Source: an uncultured Thermoleophilia bacterium
GTDB lineage: Bacteria; Actinomycetota; Thermoleophilia; UBA2241
DNA length: 64,000 nt
NCBI GenBank assembly: GCA_963715985.1
Contig: CAVQSP010000003.1
Coordinates: 1-64,000, forward strand
Direction of reading: 5' to 3'
The notes under the pieces were generated by a model. It was not told the origin of the DNA and did no database searches. It worked only from the letters and a program-made list of their open reading frames with translations. Made by a program: the position numbers and the translations under genes. Below are positions 21,719 to 37,077 of this stretch, in pieces (the stretch's first letter is position 1; every line of letters begins with the position of its first letter).

Positions 21719-22606
21719 GTGACCATCGGAGCCCCACAGCTGCGCCGCGAGTTCTGGCAGGCGTTCAAGCAGCACGCGGAGGAGACGAGCAGCATCGGCT
21801 GCTCGCGGGTGTCCTCCGACGGCTGGATGTGGCACGCCGCGGACCTGTCTTCCGGATACCTTGCCTCGATCCTGAACGTGCGCGTCCGCGAGATGGGCGT
21901 CAGGTACAGGCTCAACGAGACCAACGCCGACACAGTGTTCTCCTTCTTGCAGGCACACCGGCCCGAGATCGACGCGGCGTTCGAGACGCCGCTTTCCTGG
22001 CGTCCCGGCGACGGCGGCTCGCACGTCATCGAGGCGATGTGCCCGGCGGACGTCGACGACCGGGTGGCGTGGCCCGAGCACATGGGCTGGCTGATGCGGC
22101 AGCTCGAAGCCTTCCGGCGCGTCCTCTGGCCTCTCGTCGGGCGAGTGCCGCCGCCGCGCGAGCGCCGGCTCTGGGACGAGCCGCTCTTCTTTCGCGAGCT
22201 ATCCGCATGGAACCCGGCCGGCCTCGGTCCCGCGGCTGCCATTCTGCACTGGGCGCAGAGCCGCGGAGATCCCCTGCAATGGGGCCGCGGAGGGCAGTCC
22301 GGATCCTTCACGCCGGCGGTCGCACGCCAAGGGATCGCGTACCAGCTCGTCAGCGTCAGGACCGACGGCACTCTTCAGCTGCTGTTCGCGCGCCTGAAGG
22401 AGTCGCAGCTCTTCGCGGATCGTGCGCGCCGGCTCGAGCTGCTCGCGCAGGTCAACCGGGTGAGGCACCTGTGTCTGCCGGCCGAGGCGGTCGACCAGCG
22501 CCCGTCCGTACCGCTCGCGATGTTCGGCGACCCCGACGCGGGCGCTCAGCTCATCGCCCTGCTCGACGCCTTTCACGCCGGCGTGAAAGCCGGGCAGCCT
22601 GGCTGA
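21719..22606 (+). CDS. DUF4268-like domain protein with a C-terminal extension
   Basis: LRREFWQAF..FSFLQAHRPEIDAAFETPLSW..WPEHMGWL pattern resembles DUF4268; family call is from memory only. Confidence 0.55.
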   Translation: MTIGAPQLRREFWQAFKQHAEETSSIGCSRVSSDGWMWHAADLSSGYLASILNVRVREMGVRYRLNETNADTVFSFLQAHRPEIDAAFETPLSWRPGDGGSHVIEAMCPADVDDRVAWPEHMGWLMRQLEAFRRVLWPLVGRVPPPRERRLWDEPLFFRELSAWNPAGLGPAAAILHWAQSRGDPLQWGRGGQSGSFTPAVARQGIAYQLVSVRTDGTLQLLFARLKESQLFADRARRLELLAQVNRVRHLCLPAEAVDQRPSVPLAMFGDPDAGAQLIALLDAFHAGVKAGQPG

Positions 22607-22624
22607 ATGCGCGCCTCCGCGGTT

Positions 22625-23470
22625 TCACCCCAGTGCCAGGCAGATCACTCCGGCCAGCACGAGCGTCGCGGCGAACCACTGCAGCGGGCGCAGGCGCTCG
22701 CGCAGCAGGGCCTGCGCCCAGAACACCGTTACCGCCGGGCTCAGCCAGCCGAGGACGGCCACCACGCTCAGCAGGCCGATCGTCGTCGCGACCGTGAAGA
22801 GCACGTTGGCCGAAACGAGGAACACGCCCAGCAGGATGCTGGCGGGGATGGACCTCGCGCTGAGGTGCACGCCGGGCCTGCGGACGAGCAAGGCGACCCC
22901 CAGCGTCGCGAGCGCCGAGCCGCGCGCGATGGCGACCGTCCAGTAGGGCTCGGCGTCTCCGCCGAAGTCGTAGGCGACCAGGACCACGCCGATCATGATG
23001 GCCGCGAACACCGCAAGGAGGATGCCGAGGCGGCTCGTGCGGGCCGCCGTCGCGGGCTTGTCGGACTCCGGCCGCGAGATCAGCACGATGCCGCCGATGG
23101 TCAGCGCCATGCCGGCGATCTGGACGACCCCCGGCCGGTCGCCGAGGGCGAGACCCCACGCCACGGGGACGATCGCGGCCCCTGCGAAGATCGGCGCGAC
23201 GACGCTCATCTCGGCGAGCTCCATCGCCCGGTATTCGGCCAGGGCGCTGAGCGTGATGGCGATCCCCGCGACGATGGGCGCGATGAGCTCGGCGGAGGTC
23301 GGGCCGGCCGGCGCGGCGACGGCCAGGATGACCAGGCCCGTGACCAACGCCACCACTTGGCTGACCAGCGCGACGGCCCAGACGGTCGAGCGCCGCGACT
23401 CGTATCCGCCGATGAAGTCGGAGGTGCCCCACAGGAAGCTCGCCGTCAGGGCGAGGAGGGCGGCGAGCAT
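22625..23470 (-). CDS. EamA/DMT-family membrane transporter
   Basis: About 10 hydrophobic segments; ASFLWGTSDF, SVVAPI and LLRERLRPLQW motifs. Confidence 0.85.
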   Translation of the reverse strand: MLAALLALTASFLWGTSDFIGGYESRRSTVWAVALVSQVVALVTGLVILAVAAPAGPTSAELIAPIVAGIAITLSALAEYRAMELAEMSVVAPIFAGAAIVPVAWGLALGDRPGVVQIAGMALTIGGIVLISRPESDKPATAARTSRLGILLAVFAAIMIGVVLVAYDFGGDAEPYWTVAIARGSALATLGVALLVRRPGVHLSARSIPASILLGVFLVSANVLFTVATTIGLLSVVAVLGWLSPAVTVFWAQALLRERLRPLQWFAATLVLAGVICLALG

Positions 23471-23800
23471 GGCTTGGCACACCTCCGGCGGCGCGGGTCG
23501 GGTGAGATCGCGGTCGCGCGTCCATCTGCCCGACCTGCTTCGTTGGATCGTTCCTCATCATAGAGCTCCCTCGGCCGGCGCGGGAACGCAGTGAGACGAG
23601 GTCCCTGACCAGAGCCCGGCCGGACGAGCGCCCGGCCGGACGAGCGCGGCCGGCTTCGCCGGCCGTGTCCCGAGGCGCGTGCCGGCGTTCTCTCGAGCCT
23701 GCCGCGCGTGCTGTTGCGTTGGCAGCGGGTCTGTGTAATGTCGCCGCAGTGGCGGGCGGACCGCACCCGCGAGGAGAGGCGACCCAGCAGGAGGCGTGAG

Positions 23801-24778
23801 GTGGAACTTGTCTATCTGAGCCAGGCCGACGTGGAGGGCCTGGGCATGTCCATGAGAGAAGTGCTCGACGCGCTCGATCTGGGCTTCGCCGCCAAGGGAC
23901 GCGGCAACACGGAGATGCCTCCTAAGCCCGGCATCCACACGCGGCCCGACTGCTTCATCCACGCGATGCCCGCCTATGTGCAGGAGCTCGAGGTCGCCGG
24001 CCTCAAATGGGTCTCCGGCTACCCTCCCAACCCCGCCAAGGGCCTGCCCTACATCACCGGGCTGCTGGTCCTCAACGACTGCGAGACCGGCGTACCGCTG
24101 GCCGTGATGGATTGCGCCTGGATCACCGCCATGCGTACCGGCGCGAGCGCCGGGATCTCGGCCAGGTACCTGGCCCGTGGGGGCAGCGAGTGCGCGGCCA
24201 TCGTCGGCTGCGGCGTGCAGGCGCGCACCAGCCTCATGGCGCTGGTGGAGGAACTGCCGGCGCTCACCGAGGTGCGCTGCTACGACCTGTTCCCCGAAGC
24301 CACGCAGCGCTTCATCGCCGACATGGCGGCGCGGTTCCCGGCACTGCGTTTCGAGACGTGCGCGTCGGCGCCCGAAGCCGCGCGCCCGGCCGACGTGGTG
24401 GTCACGGCCGTGCCGATCGTCGTGGACCCGGAGCCCGACCTCGACGCCGGCATGCTCAAAGAGGGCGGCCTCGCCGTCTCGCTCGACTACGACTCCGCCT
24501 GGACCGGCGCGGCCATGCAGGAGTGCGACAAGTTCTGCTCCGACGACATCGGTCAGCTGCTCTCCACCAAAGAGCATGGGGTGTACTTCGGCGGGATCCC
24601 CGCGGCCATCAGCGCCGATCTCGGCGAGCTGGCCGCGGGTCTCAAGCCCGGCCGCGAGAACGAGCGCGAGCGCATCTTCTCGATGAACATGGGCATCGCC
24701 GTCGACGACATGGTCACGGCCAAGGTGCTCTACGAGCGCGCCCTCGAGCGGGGCGCGGGCGTGCGCCTGCCGCTCTGA
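23801..24778 (+). CDS. Ornithine cyclodeaminase/mu-crystallin family protein
   Basis: MPPK, HAMPA, GLKWVSGYP.NP, ITAMRTGA, IVGCGVQA, ADLGEL and GIAVDDMVTA. Confidence 0.9.
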   Translation: MELVYLSQADVEGLGMSMREVLDALDLGFAAKGRGNTEMPPKPGIHTRPDCFIHAMPAYVQELEVAGLKWVSGYPPNPAKGLPYITGLLVLNDCETGVPLAVMDCAWITAMRTGASAGISARYLARGGSECAAIVGCGVQARTSLMALVEELPALTEVRCYDLFPEATQRFIADMAARFPALRFETCASAPEAARPADVVVTAVPIVVDPEPDLDAGMLKEGGLAVSLDYDSAWTGAAMQECDKFCSDDIGQLLSTKEHGVYFGGIPAAISADLGELAAGLKPGRENERERIFSMNMGIAVDDMVTAKVLYERALERGAGVRLPL

Positions 24779-24795
24779 CGCAGAAGGAGACGACC

Positions 24796-26221
24796 ATGCT
24801 GAGAAAGAGCAACCTGGGCTTCCGCGTCCTCAGCGACGCGCAACGTGCGGAGCTCCACTCCGCCGCCCTGGAGGTCCTCGCGCGCGTCGGCGTCGAGATC
24901 CACGGCGAGCAGGCGCTCGAGGTGGCGAGGCAGGCCGGCGCCTACGTCGAGGGCAGCCGTGCGAGGTTCCCGGCGGCGCTGGTCGAGAAGTGCATCCGCA
25001 GCGCCCCCTCCCGGGTCGTCCTCTGCGACCGCTACGGGAACCGCACGATGATGCTCGAGGGCGAGCGCTTCTACTACGGCGCCGGCCCCACGGCGATCTA
25101 CACCATCGACCCGTTCACGGGGGAGCGCAGGATCCCCGGCATCGAAGACACGCGCCGCGCCGCGCGCGTGATGGACGCGCTGCCGAACATCGACTTCCAG
25201 ATGGACTTCGGCAGCGTCGGGGACGTCGATCCCAGGTTCATGGACGTCCACGCCTTCGAGGCCATGCTGAGCAACTCGACCAAGCCGATCGTCCACTGGG
25301 CCTACACGCACGCAGAACTGCCGGGCGATGATCGACATGGCGGCCGAGGTCGCCGGAGGGGCCGCCAAGCTGCGCGCGAACCCGTCCTTCGCGATCTACT
25401 CCGAGCCCGTCAGCCCGCTGATGCACGAGGCCGAGGCGCTCGACGTCGCCATGCTCATGGCCGAGAACGGCCTGCCGGCCATCTACACGCCGGCGCCTCT
25501 GGGCGGAGCCACCGCGCCTGCGACCCTGGCCGGCATCATCGTGATCTCCCTGTGTGAGTCGCTCAGCGGGCTGGTGTTGCACCAGACCGTCAGGGAGGGC
25601 GCCCCGTTCATCATGGGCGGCGTGATCACGATCCTCGACATGGCGGCCATGCAGATCACCTACGGTTCGCCGGAGTTCATGCTGATGGCCGCGGGGCTCG
25701 CCGAGATGGCGCGCTACTACCAGATCCCCTCGTTCAGCACCGGCGGGTGCTCCGACGCCAAGAGCTGCGACGGCCAGCACGCCGCCGAGATCTCGCAGAA
25801 CCTGCTCATGGCCGCGATGAGCGGCGGCAACCTCATCCACGACTCCGGCTATATGGAGTCGGGCAACTGCACTTCGCTGCAGTCGCTGGTGATCGCCGAC
25901 GAGCTCATCGGCCAGGTGAAGCGGCTGGTGAGGGGCATCGAGGTCTCGCAAGAGACCCTTGCTCTCGACGTCATCGCCGCCGCGGGCCCCGGCGGCAACT
26001 TCATGACGCAGCGGCACACCAAGAAGCACTTCCGGGACGAGTGGTTCTTCCCCACGCTCTTCAATCGGCGCGGGTACCAGGAGTGGGAGGACTCCGGCAG
26101 ACCCGATCTGGCGGCCAGGGCGCAGGCCAAGCTCCTCGGCATCATCGAAAGCCACCAGCCTCCACAGCTGGGCGACGAGACCAAGCAGAGGATCCGCGCT
26201 ATCGTCGATGGGCTGGAGTGA
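24796..26221 (+). CDS. MttB-superfamily corrinoid methyltransferase, non-pyrrolysine; frameshift near 25315
   Basis: LHSAALEVLARVGV, DALPNIDF, EPVSPL, GGATAPATLAG, STGGCSDAKSCDGQ (Cys at the Pyl site) and HDSGYMESG. Confidence 0.88.
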
Positions 26222-26305
26222 CCTCATGTCGCGCGGCGAGCCGTGTGATGGAAGAAGCGCCGCCCAGCCATCGGCGGGCGGCCACGACCAGCAAGGAGCA
26301 CGCTC

Positions 26306-27694
26306 ATGACGGACAGCAGACTCGCGACCTGGGACGAATCCGTGTGCGCTCGTGTCCACGAGGCCACGCTCGCCGTGCTCGCCGACCCCGGCGTGGACGT
26401 GCGCCATGAAGGCGCCCGCGAGCTCCTTGCATCTGCGGGCGCCCGGGTGCACGGCGTCCGCGTGCGCTTCGGCGCGCAGCTCGTCGAGCAGGCGCTCGCC
26501 GCAGCTCCCCGCAGCTTCACCATGCCGGCGCGTGGAGGTCACGAGCCGCTGGTGGTGGAGGACGGACGCGTGCACTTCGGCACTGGTGGCGACTGTCTGT
26601 ACACCCGTGACCTGGAGACCGGCGAGCGCCGGCGCTCGCGCCTCACTGACGTGGCGGCACTGGCGTCGCTGGCGGAGCGGCTGTCCCACGTCGACTTCGT
26701 CATGTCGATGGCGCTGCCCGAGGACGTTCCAGAGACGGACATCGATGTCGTCGTCGTGGGCGAGATGCTGCGTGCCACGCGCAAGCCTCTGATGGTGTGC
26801 GCCACGTGCCCGCCCGAGACCCTTGCGGTGCTGCAGCGGATGACGGCGGCGTGCGGGGAGCCCGACTCGCTGATCGTCTACGCCATGCCGTCGCCGCCGC
26901 TCTCGATGAGCGACGGCGCGGCCGGCCGCATCATCGCCTGCGCGCAGCTTGGCCTGCCGCTCGTGTATGCCTCATCGAGCGCCTTGGGCGTGTCCGCGCC
27001 CATGTCGCGGTCGGGCAGCGTCGTCGCCGCCAACGCCGACGTTCTGGCGGGCCTGGTCCTGCACCAGCTCGCCGGCGCCGGGGCTCCGTTCGTCTTCGGC
27101 GGCCAGCACGTCGGCATCAGCATGCACACCTCGGCGATGACGTACTGCGCCCCCGAGACGATGGCTCTGCAGCAGGCTCACACCGAGCTGGGCCGTCACT
27201 ACGGCTTGCCGACCTTCACCTTCGGGGGCTGCAGCGACGCCAAAGCACTCGACGGTCAGTGGGCGGCCGAGTCGGCTCTGTCCCTGGCCCTGGCGGCGCT
27301 CAGCGGCAGCACCTTCGTCCATGACGTCGGCTACTTCGAGTCGTCATTCCAGAGCTCTCACGAATCGGTCGTCCTCGCCGACGAGCTTGCCGGCTACGTG
27401 CGGACCTATCTCGGCGGTGTGCCGGTCGGCGACCTGGACGTCGTGGTCGACGAGATCCGCGCCGTCGGCCCCGGCGGAGACCACCTGCCGCGGGCCTTGA
27501 CGCGCCTTCATCATCGCGAGCTGTGGCTGCCGACCGTGTTCGACCAGTGGATGCACGATCACTGGGCGGCAGGGGGAGAGCTGGACCTGCTCGAACGCCT
27601 GAGCGCACGAGCGCGGGAGCTCGCCGCACAGCCGCCGGCGTTCGAGCTGCCGCCGGAGGTGGAGATGGAGCTGCGGCGGCTCGCCGCTACCTGA
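26306..27694 (+). CDS. MttB-superfamily corrinoid methyltransferase, non-pyrrolysine
   Basis: Intact 462-aa ORF; FGGCSDAKALDGQW (Cys at the Pyl site); close paralog of 12242..13655. Confidence 0.9.
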   Translation: MTDSRLATWDESVCARVHEATLAVLADPGVDVRHEGARELLASAGARVHGVRVRFGAQLVEQALAAAPRSFTMPARGGHEPLVVEDGRVHFGTGGDCLYTRDLETGERRRSRLTDVAALASLAERLSHVDFVMSMALPEDVPETDIDVVVVGEMLRATRKPLMVCATCPPETLAVLQRMTAACGEPDSLIVYAMPSPPLSMSDGAAGRIIACAQLGLPLVYASSSALGVSAPMSRSGSVVAANADVLAGLVLHQLAGAGAPFVFGGQHVGISMHTSAMTYCAPETMALQQAHTELGRHYGLPTFTFGGCSDAKALDGQWAAESALSLALAALSGSTFVHDVGYFESSFQSSHESVVLADELAGYVRTYLGGVPVGDLDVVVDEIRAVGPGGDHLPRALTRLHHRELWLPTVFDQWMHDHWAAGGELDLLERLSARARELAAQPPAFELPPEVEMELRRLAAT

Positions 27695-27695
27695 G

Positions 27696-27920
27696 TCAGG
27701 GCGGACCGCCGCGGCGGCCGATGTTCTCGCCGGACGCCGCGGAGACCGCGTTGAGGGTGAGGGCGCTGAAGCCGTCTGTCTCGATGATGTCCTTGGCCGC
27801 CAACAGCAGTCGCTGGGCCGAGTCGGGTAGCGCGGAAAGGGGGTCGTCGAAGGCGAGGCGCGCGTGCCCCCCTCGTCCGGCGACTGCTGGCCGCCGGCCG
27901 GCCTCTCCCTCGGAACTCAC
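27696..27920 (-). pseudogene. Truncated TetR-family regulator (N-terminal HTH fragment), paralog of 13674..14369
   Basis: FDDPLSALPDSAQRLLLAAKDIIETDGFSALTLNAVSAASGEN matches the intact TetR, then homology stops abruptly. Confidence 0.75.
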
Positions 27921-27996
27921 AGCCGTGCCGGCTCTCCGAGCCGTCCGGAAGATCTGCGCGCTGTCTTCAGGCATCTCGAGGAGGCGCTCGACGGGC

Positions 27997-28053
27997 TTGA
28001 CATCGCTTGCCCTCACCTGTCCAATTGGGGGACTGACTGACCGGTCGGTTAAC
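27997..28053 (+). promoter_or_regulatory. Promoter TTGACA-N17-TCCAAT plus palindrome ACTGACTGACCGGTCGGTTAAC (second copy of the putative TetR operator)
   Basis: Same hexamers, spacing and GACCGGTC core as 14417-14472. Confidence 0.65.
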
Positions 28054-28131
28054 CCACGACGGCGATTCTCGCAGACAGGTCAATGCCGCGGCTGACGGCG
28101 CGGGCGGTCTCGCTTCGAAAGGAGCGGTGTG

Positions 28132-29082
28132 ATGAAGATCGGATGCATAGGGCTCGGGCACATCGGCTACCACTTCGCCGCCAACCTCCAGCGGGCGGGG
28201 CACGAGGTCACCGTCCACGACATCGACAAGGCGAAGGCCGCAGGCTTGCTCGCCGCCGGCGCATCGTGGGCGGCATCTCCCGCGGAGACCGCGCGCGCCT
28301 GCGAGGCGGTCATCACGTGTCTCCCGTCCGTTCCCGTGACCACCTACGTGGTGGAAGGCGAGAACGGCTTGCTGGACGGGTTCTCCGCGGGCGACGCGTG
28401 GATCGACATGAGCACGAACGATCTGAGCGAGACTCAGCGCCTCGCAGGCCTGCTCGCCGAGAAGGGCGTGCAGACGCTCGAGGCGCCGGTCACGGGTGGC
28501 GTCCACAATGCTTCCTCCGGCACCATCACCGTGCTGGTCTCGGGTGACGAGGCGACCTTCGAGAAGTTCCGCGGGGTCTTCGAGATCCTCGGCGGTCGCG
28601 TGTTCTACTTCGGGGCGCTGGGCAAGGCTCACGTCATCAAGGTCCTCAGCAACATGCTGGCGTTCATCCACATCGCCGCCTCGGCCGAGGCGTTCATGCT
28701 TGCGAAGCGCAGCGGCATCGACCTTAGGCTCGCCTGGGAGGCTCTGACCAAGAGCTCTGGCAACAGCTTCATCCTCGAGACGGAGAGCACGACGATCCTC
28801 AGCGGCAGCTACGACGTCGGCTTCACGTTCGATCTCTGCCTGAAGGACATGGGATTCGCCGTGCAGCTCGGCCGCGAGACCGACGTGCCGCTCGACATCG
28901 CGGGCACGGTGGAGCAGATGTTCATCCGCGGCGCGGCGCACTACGGCCACGATGCGGAGTACGCCATGGTCGGGAAGCTCCTCGAGGAGGCCTGCGGGAC
29001 CGACCTGCGCGCCCCGGGGTTCCCTGAGACGCTCGAGGAGTACCTGGCGACGATGCCGCGCAACGTCGTGCCCGAGGACTAA
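28132..29082 (+). CDS. NAD(P)-dependent beta-hydroxyacid dehydrogenase (3-hydroxyisobutyrate dehydrogenase family)
   Basis: KIGCIGLGHIG, WIDMSTN, LEAPVTGG, KVLSNM (catalytic Lys) and LKDMG. Confidence 0.85.
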   Translation: MKIGCIGLGHIGYHFAANLQRAGHEVTVHDIDKAKAAGLLAAGASWAASPAETARACEAVITCLPSVPVTTYVVEGENGLLDGFSAGDAWIDMSTNDLSETQRLAGLLAEKGVQTLEAPVTGGVHNASSGTITVLVSGDEATFEKFRGVFEILGGRVFYFGALGKAHVIKVLSNMLAFIHIAASAEAFMLAKRSGIDLRLAWEALTKSSGNSFILETESTTILSGSYDVGFTFDLCLKDMGFAVQLGRETDVPLDIAGTVEQMFIRGAAHYGHDAEYAMVGKLLEEACGTDLRAPGFPETLEEYLATMPRNVVPED

Positions 29083-29308
29083 CGCCCGTAGGCGACGCAG
29101 CCGCCGTAGTGTTGTTGAGCGCCGAGCGGCCCGACAGGGCCCCGCGAGAGGCGGACTAGTCGCCGGCAGCGGGTGCGAGCTCCGGCGGCGCGGCTTTGAC
29201 AACGTCGTGAGGGCTGCCGTAGTGTGCCCTATCCGCGCGGGCTCGCGGTCGTCGGGCGATCCCGATCGAGCGTGTGCACCGCGGCCTCGGATCTGAAGGT
29301 CCCACTGC

Positions 29309-30853
<1,545 letters not shown>

Positions 30854-30872
30854 AGCGCAGGCCCGTTGCCGC

Positions 30873-35049
<4,177 letters not shown>

Positions 35050-35053
<4 letters not shown>

Positions 35054-36060
35054 GCCCGCCGCCGGCTGGGCCGAAGCTCCCTTCGCCGCACCACGAGCTC
35101 GTCCGGGGAGTGTGCGGCGGGAGCCGCCGCGCGCTGGCCAAGGCCATCACCCTGGTCGAGTCGACGCGCGCGGACGACCTGCGTGCGGCCGACGCCCTGC
35201 TCGACGCCCTGCACCCGCATACGGGGGGGGCGCTTCGCATCGGGCTCTCGGGTGCGCCGGGCGCCGGCAAGTCGACGCTCGTCGAGGCGCTCGGTCTGCA
35301 CATCGTCGCCGAAGGTCACAGGCCGGCCGTGCTGGCGGTCGACCCGTCGTCGTCCCTCTCGGGGGGATCGGTGCTCGGCGACAAGACGCGCATGGAGCGT
35401 CTCTCCCGCGAGGAGGCCGCGTTCATCCGGCCGTCTCCGTCGGCCGGCGCCCCCGGCGGCGTGGCGGCGCGCACGCCCGAGGCCATCGAGGTGTGCGAGG
35501 CAGCCGGGTTCGACGTCGTGATCGTGGAGACCGTGGGAGTCGGCCAGGCCGAGATCGAGGTCGCGGGAATGACCGACGTGTTCGTGCTGCTGGAGCTGCC
35601 GTTCGCCGGCGACGGCCTGCAGGCGATCAAGAGGGGGAGCACGGAGCTGGCCGACCTCGTCGTCTACGCGAAGGCCGATCTCGACGAGGTCGCAGCGGAG
35701 GCGGCGTGCGCGCGCATGAGCGACGCGCTCGGCCTGCTGCACCCTCCGTCGCCTGCTTGGCGGCCGCGCGCCCTGACGGTGAGCGCCCTCACCGGGCGGG
35801 GTATCGCCGAGCTCTGGGCGACGCTGGAAGAAGCCCGGGATTCTCTGGTCGCGGCGGGGGCGGTCACGGCCCGGCGGCGGCGTCAGAGCGTCGCCCGCAT
35901 GTGGCGTCTCATCGACGCCGAACTACGGGCGGGCTTCGCGAGTGACGCCGCCGTGAAGGCCCGGCTCGCCGAGGTCCAGGAGGCGGTCGCGCGCGGCGAG
36001 ATGACTGCGGCGGCGGCGGCGGGCGAACTGCTGCTGCTTGCCGGCCGCCGAGCGCGATAG
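35050..36060 (+). CDS. meaB: Methylmalonyl-CoA mutase-associated GTPase
   Basis: [33 protein letters not shown] and VETVGVGQ; TAG stop. Confidence 0.92.
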
Positions 36061-36106
36061 CGAGCGCGCGGGGGCCCTCCGGGGCCGTGGCCCGCGGGCA
36101 CCCCGC

Positions 36107-36580
36107 TCAGTCCGCGCGGCCCAGCGCGTCGATGACCGCAGGGGGCGCCTGAACGAGCTCGATGAGCACGCCCTCGCCCCCGATCGGCGACGCCTCGTCG
36201 CCCTTCGGGTGGATGAAGCAGACGTCGTGCCCGGCCGCACCCTTGCGGATGCCTCCCGGCGTGAAGCGCACGCCCCTCGCCCTCAGCCACTCGTAGGCGG
36301 CCGCGAGATCGTCCACCCACAGCCCCATGTGGTTGAGGGCGGGTTCGTCCACGCGAGGCTTCGCCGCGGGGTCAACGGGCTGCATCAGGTCGATCTCACA
36401 GTGCTGCCGTCCGCGGCCCACCGACACGATGTCTTCGTCCACGTTCTCCGCGGTGCACCGGTAGCTGCCGGTGAGCGTCAAGCCGAGGATCTCGATCCAG
36501 AGCCCCGTGAGGCGACCCTTGTCGGGCGCGCCGATCGCGACCTGTTGGATCCCCAGGACCACGAACGGTCGCTCGGGCAT
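36107..36580 (-). CDS. VOC-family protein, probable methylmalonyl-CoA epimerase
   Basis: [30 protein letters not shown] and GVLIELVQ; adjacent to the mutase operon. Confidence 0.75.
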   Translation of the reverse strand: MPERPFVVLGIQQVAIGAPDKGRLTGLWIEILGLTLTGSYRCTAENVDEDIVSVGRGRQHCEIDLMQPVDPAAKPRVDEPALNHMGLWVDDLAAAYEWLRARGVRFTPGGIRKGAAGHDVCFIHPKGDEASPIGGEGVLIELVQAPPAVIDALGRAD

Positions 36581-36893
36581 CGTCACGCTCCCTTTGCGGG
36601 TCATCTGCGCGCCTGCCGTGGCATCCCTCGCGAGTCGGCCCGGCCGGCCGCGCGCGGACGATTCTATCGCCAAGTGGACGACGCAGGTCCTCCAGCCCGT
36701 GGTTGAGTCCCTCATCCTGCAAGCGGACGGCGGGCAACGGGCTCACGTCCGCCGGTCTGGGGCAGCCGACCCGGGTCGGTGCCGGCGGCGAGCCGATCCC
36801 CTGCCCCGCCTTCGTCGACCGCCTGCGCCTCGTCCTCCCCCCGTGGGGGGACGATTGCGTCCCAGCACACGCCTTCCGGCGCGTGCCTTGTTG

Positions 36894-36932
36894 TTGACAG
36901 ACGTCAGCCCAGTGCCTATGGTGACCACCATA
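36894..36932 (+). promoter_or_regulatory. Promoter TTGACA-N17-TATGGT with overlapping inverted repeat TATGGT-GACC-ACCATA upstream of the amidase
   Basis: -35 at 36894-36899 and -10 at 36917-36922; the palindrome at 36917-36932 resembles FadR/GntR TGGT-n-ACCA sites. Confidence 0.6.
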
Positions 36933-37077
36933 CGTGTGGTGCAGAGGCGGGCGCAGCTTCGCTGTTGCCGGCCGCCGGCACGACGTTGCAGGACACCACG
37001 ACACATGAACAACGGCGTGCGACCGAGACGTGCTCAGTACGGACGGTCGCCGTCGAAGCCGGCGGGGAGGCGACACC

